Below, piece by piece: positions 24,495 through 37,459 of a DNA stretch of 47,341 nt. How positions within the stretch are numbered: the first letter of the stretch is position 1; each line of letters opens with the position of its first letter. The notes under the pieces are model-generated. The model saw only the letters and a list, made by a program, of their open reading frames with translations, had not been told where the DNA came from and made no database searches. The position numbers and the translations under genes were made by a program. Source of the DNA: Chiloscyllium plagiosum (taxonomy: Eukaryota); NCBI RefSeq assembly GCF_004010195.1, contig NC_057758.1, forward strand, positions 6,576,603 to 6,623,943. Reading direction: 5' to 3'.

Positions 24495-25570
24495 GACTCC
24501 ATCAACAAACACATAGTACTACAGCCAATTTACTGGCGATAGCAACAAACTATTTCATCAAGCAACCGGAAGCAAAGGAATAGAATCAAATAAATTCTTG
24601 AAGAAGTAATAAGGTGGCACTTCAGACGAGGTTCAAAAGCACTGAATATGTCACTTAGAAATGTGAAAAAATACGTTTCCATATCAACTTTCCGGCTCGA
24701 CGGAAATTACGACAATTGTAGATATAGATTCTGAAGTAGTTACACGTAAAGTTATGCCCGAAAAATATAACTAAAAGCATGAGAGAAACGGATTGAAATT
24801 ATAAATCAGCACGCACCAGTCTCAGACGTTAAAAACTGCCCCATATCATTACAGAGAGAAATGAGACGTAGGTACAGACACTGAGAGCAATGGGACTGCA
24901 GGATTAATGACCAGATCTGAAGACACACAGGGAAAAAGATAAGGATCTCTTGTGCATATGTTTTAACAAAAAAACCTGTTCAGATCCAGGATTCTAATAT
25001 TGTGGCTATCCTTACGCGTTTGCTGGTACTGAGACTCCATCAACAAACACATTGTACTACAGCCAATTTACTGGCGATAGCAACAAAATATTTCATCAAG
25101 CAACCGGAAGCAAAGGAATAGAATCAAATAAATTCTTGAAGAAATAATAAGGTGGCACTTCAGAGGAGGTTCAAAAGCACTGAATATGTCACTTAGAAAT
25201 GTGAAAAAATACGTTTCCATATCAACTTTCCGGCTCGACGGAAATTACGACAATTGTAGATATAGATTCTGAAGTAGTTACACGTAAAGTTATGTCCGAA
25301 AAATATAACTAAAAGCATGAGAGAAACGGATTGAATTTATACATCAGCATGCACCAGTCTCAGACGTTAAAAACTGCCCCATATCATTACAGAGAGAAAC
25401 GAGACGGAGGTACAGACACTGAGAGCAATGGGACTGCAGGATTAATGAACAGATCTGAAGACACCCAGGGAAAAATATAAGGATCTCTAGTGCATATGTT
25501 TGAACAAAAAAACCTGTTCAGATCCAGGATTCTAATATTGTGGCTATCCTTACGCGTTTGCTGGTACTGA
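24495..25570 (+). repeat. Tandem duplication, 2 x 538 bp (24495-25032, 25033-25570), right arm only
   Basis: gactccatcaacaaacac..gtttgctggtactga occurs twice head to tail; arm L has a single copy (~3885-4420). Confidence 0.95.
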
Positions 25571-27467
25571 TATTGCAACAATGAGAAAAACGCAATTTCC
25601 TTTGCATTTTGACATTGATAATGCATTTACAAGATCCGTAAGTGACAGGCAAGTGTCCACCTGACGGACTTTTAACAAGTTGCAACTGGCAAGTATCTGG
25701 GAAGAAATACCCTTGAATACAGTCTGCATTTTGAAAACCCTCAAGAAGGGAAATAAAAAAGGGTCGGATAAATTTCATGAAATCATAAGTGACTGGGCGT
25801 TGATCACAAGTCTGTCCGTCACTTGCTGTCCAGTCATTAGCTGAGCTTAACTTGGCAATGAATGGAATTAATACTTAATTTATTTGCTTTGTCAATGCTG
25901 AAGACCATCTGTCAGTGTTGCATAAAATACATCTCCTTTGTTCGGTGAAGTGTTATCTTGAATTTCAAAGGTTTCTCTCACCACTGTAGTTTCAATGGAA
26001 TCGTCGATGCTGAAATAAACCTTTGTATGTTGAGTGAATTATCTGCTCATTTCACTCCAACAATACGATTAGGAGGGGCATGGGTAGTGCTGAATGCAAG
26101 CATCTGCTCTCCTTAGTCGAATGTTAAATAACAAGGCAGTATAAATTTAAACTTGATAGACAGGGAACTGAGAGGGAATCCGAGGAATACAAGTATTCAC
26201 CGTAGGGAGGGGTGAGTTGTGAGGGAGAAAAATGAAAGTCACTGTCTGGGAGGGTAGATTACATCTTCACATCGCTCATGCAATTTGGGCACTGCTCGAT
26301 GGCAAGCATTTATTGCTTATCCGTAGGTGCAAATTTGAAAAGGCAGTGATGTGCTCGCCAAGCTGAGACTCTTTTCCTTAGAGCGTAAGAGACAGAGGTG
26401 CATTAGACGTGAGATGCATGGATATGATGAATGCACTCAGTGTTTTTACCAAAGATGTGGGGATTCGATGACTGGTGGGCATCACTTTAATGTTAGAGAG
26501 GAAAGAGTAAAGTGGAACCTGAGGGTCAACTCTTTTATATGAAGCTGGTACGCAGATGGAAAGACCTGCTGGAGGAAAAATTGCGATGTGTGCATTAAAA
26601 CCATTTAGAAGGTATTTGTACAAATACCCAAAGAGGAAAGGTTTAGTAGAATATGGACCAAGTGCAGGAACATGGGGTCAGTTTGGCGGAACATTTTGTT
26701 CGGCATGGGCCACTTTGAGCCAGAGGGCCTGACTCCGTGCTATAGAGATTTATGACTCTTTGAGTCAGGAGGTGAGTTACTTGCTAAATGATTCCTGGCC
26801 TCCTGTATGTCCTTATGTGGCAAGTCCAGTTCAGTTTCTGGTCATTGGTAATCCCAAGGATTATATCATTGAATGACACATTGATTGTTACTCGTTTGAA
26901 TTACAATTGGCTGTGGTGAGATTTTCTCGTGTTGGCGATCGCTAAGCCAATCATTTGTGTTGCTGTACGTTGTTTTCCACTTGACAACCCAAGCTTGGAT
27001 ATTGTGCAGATATTTTCGCATTTGAAAATGGCCTGCCTCAGTATCTGAAGAATCGTACATTGCCCTGAACATTATGCAATCGTTGCCCATACACTCCACC
27101 CACCCCCACCCACCCCACTCTTGTCATTATGATGATCACCATTTTAATCCCGGATATGGGAATATTGTCTGATGAGAACAGATTTTAAAAGGGTTGATGC
27201 CATACTTTTTGAAGTTCTGAAGAATAGAACATGCGTAGTGGACTTGACAGTGCAAATATACAGATATTCTTTTTTTCCTGTTCCAGAGAATGTAGTTAGA
27301 TATGGGCATCCTTTATTAATAAGAATGCGGTAGATTTTAAGGCATCTGATATTTCTGTGTGATTTTATCAGACCTTCCAATGAGAAATGAACGCAGTCCA
27401 GAAGTGGTAATGGATGCAATGCATTTTATTCACAGCAATGTAGGTAGTAGTGAACAAGCTGCTCTCG

Positions 27468-27826
27468 GGACTGCACATTGGCTCAATGGTTAGCACAGCT
27501 GCTTCACATCGGCGGACATCCGGGTTTGTTTGCAGGCTCTGGCGATTTTCTGTGTCGAGTGTGGCATTTCTCTTCGTGACTGCGAGGATTTCCTCCAGAT
27601 GTTCTCATTTCCTCCCATAATTTAAAAGTGTGCAGATTGGTTGAATTGACCATGCTAATTTGCCTACAGTGTGCAGGGATGTGTAGGTTACTTGCATTAA
27701 TCAGAAGTTAATGCAGAGTAGTAAGGGAAATGGCTGGCTCTGGGTGGGTTACTTTTCGGAGGATTGGTGTGGACTTGTTTGTCAAAGGCCTATTTGCAGA
27801 CTGTAAGAATTCTACGATTCTACGAA
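27468..27826 (+). mobile_element. HE1-type (tRNA-derived V-SINE) copy
   Basis: A-box-like tggctcaatggttagcacagctgcttcaca, core gatttcctccagatgttctcatttcctccca, and a tail ggtgtggacttgt..ggcctatt..ctgtaag followed by attctacg repeats. Confidence 0.85.
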
Positions 27827-29691
27827 TTGTGCTTTGACAGAGACACAATCGAGAATAGACTGCATTTAGTATGAAGCAGAACTACATGCTGTTCAGTCCG
27901 ATCAAATAGTACCTCACAAGATCTTGTAATACTCCAAGATCAAGAAACAATTCACTTGAACCACAGTGTCGGTGCAAACACACAGTCTATAGCTGCCGTT
28001 ATCTTTGCCACAGCCAAACTGTAATCCTGGTCAAAATTGATGAAGAAAGTGACAGAATGTCGTGGCACAGGAGGTGTCCGATCAGCCAGTGGTGACTTTA
28101 TTCAGGTTCGATTCACTTGATCGAAATCTGCTGCCTCTACCTCTCATCGTTTCTATCTTAATAACCGTTCAATGTTCTTCTTGAATGCCACATTCACTGA
28201 TGCACAATAGTTCATCACAGAGCTTTGCAATTTGACCATGCTGAGTTGCATATTGGGGAAGGATTGTGGTTAAGTCTCTTCAACACCCGCTATCCTATCT
28301 TCTTGTTATGGAGACAGCAGCATCCTGCAACGTAGCCATTAAGTACCCATTACCCTGACACTGGGATTGCAGTCAGTACAGAGCTGATCTCAAGACTGCA
28401 CGGACAGTGCTATAAGGAGTGGTTGAGTAACGTTGGACCTGGTCTAGTCCGTGTTTAGAAGACTGAGATGGCACCTTAATGTTCCACACACGATTATTGG
28501 GGCACTTGAGAGAGCGGGTGTGAATACATTGTTTCTCCGTGCGGTCGAGGCAAACAGAAAAGTGCCAAAACTGAGGTTTCGGTCTCAACTATTGCAGAGA
28601 AAAATGTAAAAGCCTTCCTCTTTAGACTGTTGTGATTCTATTATGTTCTTTAGCACAGATGGCTCTGAAAGCTGATTCATTAATTTATTTTTTAATTATT
28701 AAGGGGAGTAATGGTTGTGGGGAGAAGGCAGGAAACTGGTGTTGAAAATAATCAAACCAGCTATGAACTCATTAAGTGTCAGAGCAGACGCGACGGCTTG
28801 AATAGCCTACTTCGCATTTATCTAATGTTGTCTTATGGACAGAACGCAAAAAAAAATAGAACGTACTGAGACGTCTCACGTATAATACACAAAAACAAAA
28901 GACTGATTCGCCAATGAAGCACATCATCAGATTTTTGAGAAAGGAGTGCAGCGCATTGCTCAAATAAATTTGTGTTTGATGGATAGAGGGATTGAAGATG
29001 GGAAAAATCGGAAATAATTTCGATGCTGAAAATGTCATTGGCCCATGGTGATCACATCATATTCAAGTTTCAGATCCCTGAACGTGTGTTCATACAGTTA
29101 GAGTTCGCAGCGTTGAAAACATAAGTTGATAAGACTGAATGACTTCATCATTTAACCAACAGACAAACGACTGGCGTTGTGGATGATCAGGTCAGCCACG
29201 ACGTTATTCACAGCAAAACATATCGGAAAGCAAAAATTGAGGATGAAACAAAGATAGATTCTGTGAGTGGGCAAAAAATAAACTGGTCGACAAAATACAA
29301 TGCAGCGAAATGAAAGCTTCTGCGCTTGAGGGACGTGGAATGAAGGCGCTTTGTACTGTTTAAATGCTGAATTGTTTGGGCTGAATGCCTCTGCACACAA
29401 CCAACTTTAATTATAGTTCTTCGCTTCAAATTCTGGACATTGAATCGCTTACAACATTCGATTCTGTTGCTTCCCTCTGAACAGAAGTTCCTTGTCCTTT
29501 TATTCCCACTTTCCGTGTCATGAACGCTGAAAAATAAAACGAAAGACAATAAGCCTCTTACAATGCAATTGTTATTTATCAATATGTTTGCACTGTGTGA
29601 ATACTCGGCACAATTCAGTAAATCTTAAATTAGATCAGTATTATATATCAAACTGTCTGCATCTTACAATACTTATTTCTCTTCCTCACAG

Positions 29692-29790
29692 CTAACCTTC
29701 TATCAATTAAGATCCTATCTCGCAGGAGGTATGTTCTCTCGAATTGCATCACATATGATCTGATGGCTACGTCAGTTTCTGATCTACTGT
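29692..29790 (+). pseudogene. GPR139-like GPCR exon-2 remnant (end of TM1 to TM2)
   Basis: Pyrimidine tract and acceptor ttatttctcttcctcacag, then (A)NLLSIKILSRRRYVLSNCITYDLMATSVSDLL*. Compare the family consensus ANL.AIVILSRGKCGLSKCITRYLVAMA.ADLL. Confidence 0.75.
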
Positions 29791-30299
29791 AAGAATGCAT
29801 TCTACATGTGGTTGACAATATGTCGATAAGATTGGTATCAGTTCCGACAGAGTTTAAGAAGATGGACCACAACGGTAGTAATCTCTGGTGACGGTGCTGC
29901 TGAGACTTAAACAGGAAAGTGTGGCAGATGAATGTATCGCTGAGGAACCTATGCATCGGGCAGGGATATATCTGAAGCACCTCCTGTGAAACACAACGAA
30001 CCTGTACAAGAAGGAAAGTTTGCACCTGAGCGAGAGGGGTATCAATACGCTGATGTGAAGATTGCCGAAGTTATTTTGAAGTGTTTAACTCGTCTATCAG
30101 AAGGGTGGGACCGAAATGAGTAGACACACATGATGTGGAATTGCCAGTGATGGACGTGGGTCGACAATGTCTGACGTTAACACGACACCAAGTTAAAGTC
30201 CAAATGGTTCGTTTGAGACGATAAGCTTCTGAAGTCACCTCATGGAGGGGTAGCACTTAGAATGCTTTTATCTTCAAACAAAGCTGTTGAACACCGGGT

Positions 30300-33060
30300 A
30301 CTATGAAGGACTTGAGCAGCGTGGCAATATGGGCAGAACTCAGAAATAGGAACGCTTCCATAACCATGTTGGAGCTGCATTACAGGCCTGCCGACAGTGA
30401 GCATAAGATAGAAGTTCAGCTATGTAAACAGATTATGGAAAGATGTGGGAGAATGAGGGTAGTGGTGATGGGAAATTTTAACTTTCCCACCATTGAATGG
30501 GATTCTCGAAGTGTTAGAGATCCAGATGGAGCAGAATTTGAAAGGAACATCTAGAACGGTTTCATACAACGGGAAGGGGCCACACTGGAACTAGTGCTGG
30601 GGAATGAGCCCGGCAAGATGGCTGATGTTTCAGTAGCGGGTTACTTTGAGAACAGTGATCACTGTTCTATAAGTTTAGAATACTCATCAGCAAAGACGAC
30701 AATGGTCCACAAAGAAGAATGCAAAATTGCGGAAGGCCAACTATAGCAACATTTTGCAGGAGCTGGGGAATGTGGTTTGGGAACATCTGTTTGAAGGTAA
30801 ATCCACATTTGATATGTGGCGAGATTTTAAAGAGAGGCGTATTCGAGTACACTACACTACCTCTTTTTGAAAATGGCAAGATTATGGAATCAAGGATGTC
30901 AGGTGAAATTGTGAGCCGAGCTAACAGGAAAAAGGAAGCTTACAGATGTTATCATCGACTGAAAACACACGAAGCTTTGGAAGAATATCGAGCAAATAGG
31001 ACCAATCCGAAACAAATAATTAAGAGGGATATAAGGGACTCATGAAATATCTTTAGCAAACGGTGTTAAGGAAAATCCCAAAGCCTTTTATTCGTAGATG
31101 AGGAGCAAGAGGTCAACTAAAGAAAGGGTTAGCCCACTCATGGACAAAGCAGTAAAGTTATGTGCAGAGTCAGTGAAAATGGCTGAGATTCTAATCGATA
31201 ACTTTGCATCGGTACTCACCGAGGAGGGGGTCATGACGGATGTTGAGTTTAAGGATACATGATTGATTACTCGAGGTGAAGGAGCTAACATAGGGAGGAA
31301 TTGATTGGTATTCTAAAAGGTATTAAGATGGACACGTTCCCAGGTCTGGAAGGGGTCTATCCCAGGTTCCTGAAGGAAGCGAGAGAGGAAGTAGCTGGAC
31401 ACTTCACATATGTCATTACAGTATCCTTGTACACTGGTGAGCTACCAGAGGACTGCATACTTCCAAATGCTGCTGTGTTGTTTAAGAAGGGTAGCAGGGA
31501 CAATCCAGGTAATTGCAGACATCTTAGCCTGGCGGCAGTGTTGGGGGAGCTGCTGGAGAAGTTATTGAGGAATAGGATCTAGTTATGTTTGGAAGAAAAT
31601 AGACTTATCATGGATAGGCAACATGGTTTTGTAAAGGGAGGGTCATGTCTTACCAACTTCACAGAATGCTTTGATGAAGTGACAAACTTGATTTCTGAAG
31701 GAAGGGGCATATAAATGGACTCTGGTCAGGCCTTTTATAATGCTCCCATTGGCAGGCTAATGCAGAAAATGAAGATGTATGTCGTACAGTGTGTATTGGC
31801 TGGATGAATAAAGAACTGGTTGGTTAGCGGAATTGAGTTTCTCAAAATTGAGAACTATGACCAGTCGTGTTTTATTGAGGTACGCACTGGGAACCACTGT
31901 TGATTGTGAAATACGTACATGAGTTGGAGGGAGGTGAAGGTGACTGATGAAGAATTTTGCAAGTAAATGTAAGATTAGTGGATTAGCAGGTGGTGTAAGG
32001 GATTCTCAGGGAATGCAGCAGAATATAGATTGGAGAGTTGACTGGAAAAGTGGCAGATGGAGTTCAATCCGGGCGAGTGCGAAATGATTCGTTTTGGAAC
32101 ATCATTTTTCAACGAACTCTACAGTAAATGGTGAAATCCAGGGGAAAATTGATGTACAGAGAGATCTGTATGTTCACATCCATTGTGCCCTTATGACAGA
32201 AACGCAGTTTGATACAATGATCAAGAAGGCATACGACATGCTTACCTTCATCAGATAGGGTTTTGAGTGAATGAGTTTGTAGGTCATGTTCCACTTGTAT
32301 AAGCCTTTGGTTCGGCCTCATTTGGAAAACTGCGAACATTACTGGTCGCAACATTATCAAAAGAATGTGTGCTTTATGAGGATGAAGAGGAGGTTCGACA
32401 TGATATTTCCTGCTAAGAAGGGCGCAAGCTATAAACAGAGGTTGAACAGATTATGATTGTTTTCGTTAGAAAGACGGAGGTTGAGGGGGGTCCTGATTGA
32501 GGTCTGCAAAATTATAAAAGGTATCAACAGGGATATTTGCAGGTGCCATGTTAGACTGGGGTGTACAAATTTAAAAATTAACACACACCAGGCTAAAGTG
32601 CTCCGGGTTTATTTGGACACGAGCTTTCGGAGCACTGCTCCGTCATCAAGTCGTCAATAACCTGATGAAAACGCAGGTGTCGAAACCAAGTGCTTCCAAA
32701 TAAACCTGTTGGATGATAACCTGGTGTCGCGTCAATTTTAACGCTTTTTCCCCCGATTACTAGCTCTCATGAGTTCAGGGTGAGTGGTAAACGTTTGAGT
32801 AAGATATGTGAAAATAGTTCTTCATGCAGAGGGCGATGGGTGCCTGGAATACGTTGCCAGCAGACGTGGTAGAGGGCTGCACGATAACGTCATTTTAAAT
32901 GTATATCAACAGACACTTGAATGGGCAGGGAGCAGAGGAACACAGATTCTTAAAATTACGCAAAAGTTTTCATGAGAGGAACTCGATCGATGCTGGCTTG
33001 GTTGGGGGGTGTCGGTGGTGGAGAAGGGCCTGCTTCTGTACTGTAATTTTATTTCTTCTT
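30300..33060 (+). mobile_element. CR1-type LINE ORF2 (endonuclease to RT to 3' UTR), heavily decayed
   Basis: AIWAELRN..HYRP..VVVMGNFNFPTIEWD (APE endonuclease), FPGLEGVYPRFLKEAREEVAG..LPEDC..FKKGSRDNPGNCR, and FSLERRRLRGVLIEV. Confidence 0.92.
32553..32742. mobile_element. Fold-back Penelope-related element inserted in CR1, with opposed hammerhead-like motifs
   Basis: tttatttggacacgagctttcggagcactgctccgtcatcaag is opposed to cctgatgaaaacgcaggtgtcgaaaccaagtgcttccaaataaa. CR1 sequence resumes after ~32742. Confidence 0.7.
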
Positions 33061-33149
33061 TGTTATTTGATTATGACCTGATTTCGAGTAACATCTACGT
33101 AGAGAGAAAAAGATAACGTTGATGCTGATATTGCAGTGAAAAAGAGCAA

Positions 33150-35520
33150 GCTAAATAGACAAGGCAGGCAAGAGACTGGCGGGTCACAGGGGAATAGTGC
33201 TCAATTAAACTGCATTTATTTCATTGCATTTCGTTATTAACCGCAAGACGTCTAACAAGTAGCGCAGAAAACTCAGGGCATAGTTTGTTAATATAGGACG
33301 GGAATGTCATTGTTATGACATTGTTATGACGTTTGTGGAGGGGAGAAGACTGTAAGCTCAATGTCCCAGGATGAAAGTGCTGCACGAAGGATAGAAGTTT
33401 GGGAAATGAGCAGGAGGAGTGGCGTTTTTTATTTGGGAAAACTTCACTGCAGTCCTTAGAAAGGATATTCCTTTGGGGTCGTCTAGTGAGCACATCCAAG
33501 TGGAACTGTGAAATGAGAAGAGTGTGATCACTTTGAGGGGATAACACTTCAGGCCCTTCAACAGTCAGTGTAATATCGAGAAAGGAAGATAGCAGACAGC
33601 TTTTAGCATAACACGGTTCAAATTGTGAGACCTTTTAACTTTCCATAGATTGGAATTTCCACCGTGTAAAGATCTTACTTGGGAATGAAATATTTAAGTG
33701 TGTTCAAGAATATTAAAAATCAACAATACTAGAGAAAGAGCAAAATGTGAACTTCTCTTGAGGAATCAGGTAAGGCAAGTGACTGAGGTTTTTGTGCAGC
33801 TGCACTTTGCGACCAGTGACATTACATGTCTTAATTTTAATATAATTAAATAGAAGGGTTGCACTGGGCAAGGTTAAACTTCATGGTCTTAGGCACGATG
33901 TTTTACACGTTGTTTGGGAAGCTGTTTGCAGGTAAATAAACGCCTGCCAATTGGAAGGCTCTGAGAGCTCGATAGCGTGAGTTTATTGTCAGCATGTTCC
34001 TATTCGTGTGAAAGCCATGGCTGGAAGGAGTAGGAGATTTTGGATATTAAAAACAATGAAGCTTTGGTCAAAAACAAAGACAAGTCGTGATATATGCAGT
34101 TCTTGTTTGTTAAATGCAGCTGAAATGAAGTATATCCCTTCAAAAGTATGGAGAATGTAGGAGTACATGTAAGAGGAAAATCAGGACAGCAACAAAGGTT
34201 AGGAGTTTGCTTAGGCAGATAGGGCTCAGGACATTCCAAAGGGATTTGACAAGTACATTAAGGGCAAAATCATGACGAGGGAAACAATACGCCTCCTTCA
34301 AGATCAACAAGGCCATCAATGTGTCGATCCAGAGGAGATATGTGAATTCCTAAAAGAATTGGAAAAATTAACAATGACGTCTTGAAAATAGTGCAAATCA
34401 CAGCAAAGGAATCTGTGGTGAATTTCAAATGGACAAATGTAAGGAAATCACGGAAAGTTGACCAGGTGTATTCCAGGACATTGTGGGGAAGCTCTGGAAT
34501 GATTTGTGGAACCACTGGCAGAGATGATAGACTGTTCACTGGAGTGTGGCTAGTTTAAGAAAGACTGGAAGGAAACGCCAGGTAGCTAGAGAACGGTGAG
34601 CCTGACGTCAGTGGTGGATACATTGCTGAAGCAGATTCAGAAGACATGTATTTTAGAAGGCAAGGACTGATTATGTGTAGTCGGACTGTCTTTTTGTGTT
34701 CGTCCATTTCAAACCCTCCAGCGATTACTTTTCCGTAATGTGGACTATTTTCAAGATTTCACTGTATCTCTCCAATTATCATGGCATTCATGTCCTTCTC
34801 CGCAGGAAATACAGACGAGAATCATTCGTTTAGGATCTCACCTAACTCCTGTAGCTCCACACATTGATGGCCTTGCTGATAGGTAAGGAAGCTCATTGTC
34901 TCCCTAGTCGTTCTTTTTGGTCGAAAAATTGCGTTCCAAATTTGATTGACCTGTTTGAAGAACTGACAAAGAAGATATGTTCGGGCAAAATTTCAGCTGT
35001 TGTCTACATGGACTTCACAAATGCTTTCGAAAAGGTTCCACATATTAAATTGGTTGCGAAGGTAAGATCATATTGGATCCAGCCAGAGGTAGCCAATTGT
35101 ACACAGATTTATTTTAATGGTAGGAGACAGCGAATATTTGTGGAGGGATGTTATTCAGATTGGACATATTTGACCAGCGATGTCCCAGAAGGATCTGTGC
35201 TGGGTCCACTGTTGTTCACCGTTGATGTAAATAATAAGAATATAGCAGTTACTGTTTGTGGCTGACACCAACACATTTGGCAGAGTGGACAGTGATAACA
35301 CGATCTCAGAGTAAAAGGCGGTTTAATTAAATGGGCTATCGAGGCAAGGAGCGACAGTTTGAGTGCAATTTCGTGAAATGAGGTGTTGCATTTTGTGAAG
35401 ACAAACTAGAATAGGACTAACATCGTTGATAGTAGGAGCTGGGGGATTGTTGTCGAACATGTAGACCAAGGGGTGCTGGAATATTGTTCCTGGCAAGTGG
35501 CTTCACAGGTACACACGGTA
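33150..35520 (+). mobile_element. CR1-type LINE ORF2, heavily decayed
   Basis: Endonuclease-region remnants at 33220-33840, and NLIDLFEELTKKI..VVYMDFTNAFEKVPH..DVPEGSVLGPLLF (RT) at 34864-35265. Confidence 0.88.
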
Positions 35521-36316
35521 CACTGGTACTTACATTGCAATTGAGGAAAATGGAGTTAGAAGAGAAACAAAGAGCATGTTTGAAGCACTGAATGGCTGAA
35601 CTGATGCACCTCGATTAGATGCGTTCTCGTTTTTTTTTGACAGAGCAGACTTTGCTCTTTCTCGTATGACACATATTTGCAGCCGTGGGGAGATGTTGGG
35701 AGGGAGACTGGTCTTGTCCTGATCATGGTCGCTGTTTGCAACTTCACCTTCGATATTCTATTCTTGATATTATTGTTGATTTATTGTGTAAATGAGTACA
35801 TTGAACAAATGATAAAACTTTGGAGGAAGAAGTAATATTCCAATGAGAAGGAGACAATATTTTGAAGTCCTCTCAGACAGTTACAAGAGAGCAAAAAATG
35901 ACCACACGTTGACATTCCTTCAGGATAGAGAATCGACAACAATTTATACAAGGAGGTACAAACATCCGACCTCCGTTTGTGTACAAGAAATTGGGAGAGA
36001 ATCTTTTAGAATGGCAATGTTTTCAACAGTCATCTCTGTACAATAAAAAAAGTGATCTGTTTCTGTTCTAGGGTGATGGAGTAGTTTGGAATTTTATCGA
36101 AATTGTCTGTTCTGATGGATGTGTGGCTGTGTATTTGGAAAAGACTGTGGCGTGTCTTTTTTGTCTGCAAATTGTTACAAAATTAAGGCACGCTCATTTC
36201 CTTTTTGAAGTCCAAAAGTCTGACCAAAGCATTGATTCAATTGAAACTCTGAACAAACTTGCAATCAAATGGCGACTTACCACGAGTTTGACGTGGTTTT
36301 CTTCTTTTCTTCGCAG

Positions 36317-37000
36317 TTAATGTAGTGATGATGTTCGTCCTGTTTCATGAAAAAAAAAAACCTGTGGATTATCTCCAAACGTCAGTCGTTTTCTGATGGT
36401 CATGTTTCTGGCTGATGTACTGGTAATTATCCTCGACCAGACATTGAGACATATTCCGATTATTTATCGGGAATAATTTTATTTCTTCTTCTCCATACCA
36501 TGTGTGAATGTTCACGCCATTTTCCTCGGAAAATCTCTGGATTTGAGTAATAATGACAACGTTCCATTGTCTCATGCCTCGGTCACAATCAAATTTGTTC
36601 ACCACATCTTAAGGCCAACTCTCGCATTTTCACTGATTCGTTTGTTCAATGTTTTCACTGTCAGGTAAATTTAGTGACAATTAGAGCCAGCAGGAGTCTA
36701 TGGGCTTATAGCAGAGACGAGAATTGTCGACATGCAGAGACTGAGATTCGAAGAAAATCCAATATTTTACTCGTTATCGGAAACAATTTCAGTCTGTTAT
36801 ATTCAATGTTCACTGTGTTTTCTATTTGTATAAGTATGTATCATTTTGCATTTCAGTCTATTTATTCACATGGATACATCTTGGAATTGGGTTGCATTTT
36901 ACAACTTCCCAGTTGCTTCACAAACACCGTGATCTATTCTGTTAAGCAGACTAAGTTCAGAGAGCAGTTGAAGAATATGTTGAATCATTCCTTTATAGAT
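36317..37000 (+). pseudogene. GPR139-like class A GPCR pseudogene (exon 2, end of TM1 to TM7, internal TM3-TM4 deletion)
   Basis: Acceptor ttttcttcgcag, then (V)NVVMMFVLF/CGLSPNVSRFLMVMFLADVLVIILDQTLRHIPIIYRE*FYFFFSIPCVNVHAI..VTIKFVHHILRPTLAFSLIRLFNVFTVR*/RASRSL..ETEIRRKSNILLVIGNNFSLLYSMF..ELGCILQLPSCFTNTVIYSVKQTKFREQLKNML. Contains an A11 frameshift and stops. Confidence 0.9.
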
Positions 37001-37459
37001 AAATCGATCAAAGACCTCACTGAGCAATCAATCCATGGATTATCCGTTTCATTTGGAATATCCAGACAAGAAACAAACTGTCAGTATTTAAAAAAAAATC
37101 TAAGGGTAATGCAGGTTTGAACAATATTATCCGAAGGGTCACAGGTTTGCACATTACAATGCTTCCCTCTCCTCAGAGGGCTAGGCAACACATTTCTGAA
37201 AGAGAGATTTGGACTTGATGTCCGAAAGGGATTATTTGTGACAGCGATTGTGAAGACATTCACTAAAAATGACAGGGGGACTAGAATCTATCAAGAAGTG
37301 TGCGGATTGGGAATCTTGGAGAAGAGACAAGAAGGAATGGTGAATAAGTAAAGTGAGTGAGCAAAACCAAAAGCCATTTTCAAAAACCCCACAGTAAAAA
37401 AACAACGAAACTGACACATTATGTTCAAAGAAAATAGGCCGACATGGCTCGTGATGTCC

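Larger units (their letters stand above)
15778..29167 (-). repeat. Right arm of the large inverted segmental duplication
   Basis: Sequence from 15778 (gctttcctgctcctccgttgctg..) is the reverse complement of sequence ending at 12412. Colinear with arm L apart from indels and two tandem duplications. Confidence 0.95.

Noticed and set aside
27468..27540. tRNA-like sequence
   Set aside because: It is the decayed tRNA-derived head of an HE1-type SINE, followed by SINE core and tail.
269..29167. Arms as terminal inverted repeats of a giant DNA transposon (Maverick/Polinton or foldback)
   Set aside because: The arms are ordinary genomic mosaics of old TEs. No transposase, integrase or polB lies in the spacer, and no TSD is evident at the outer ends.
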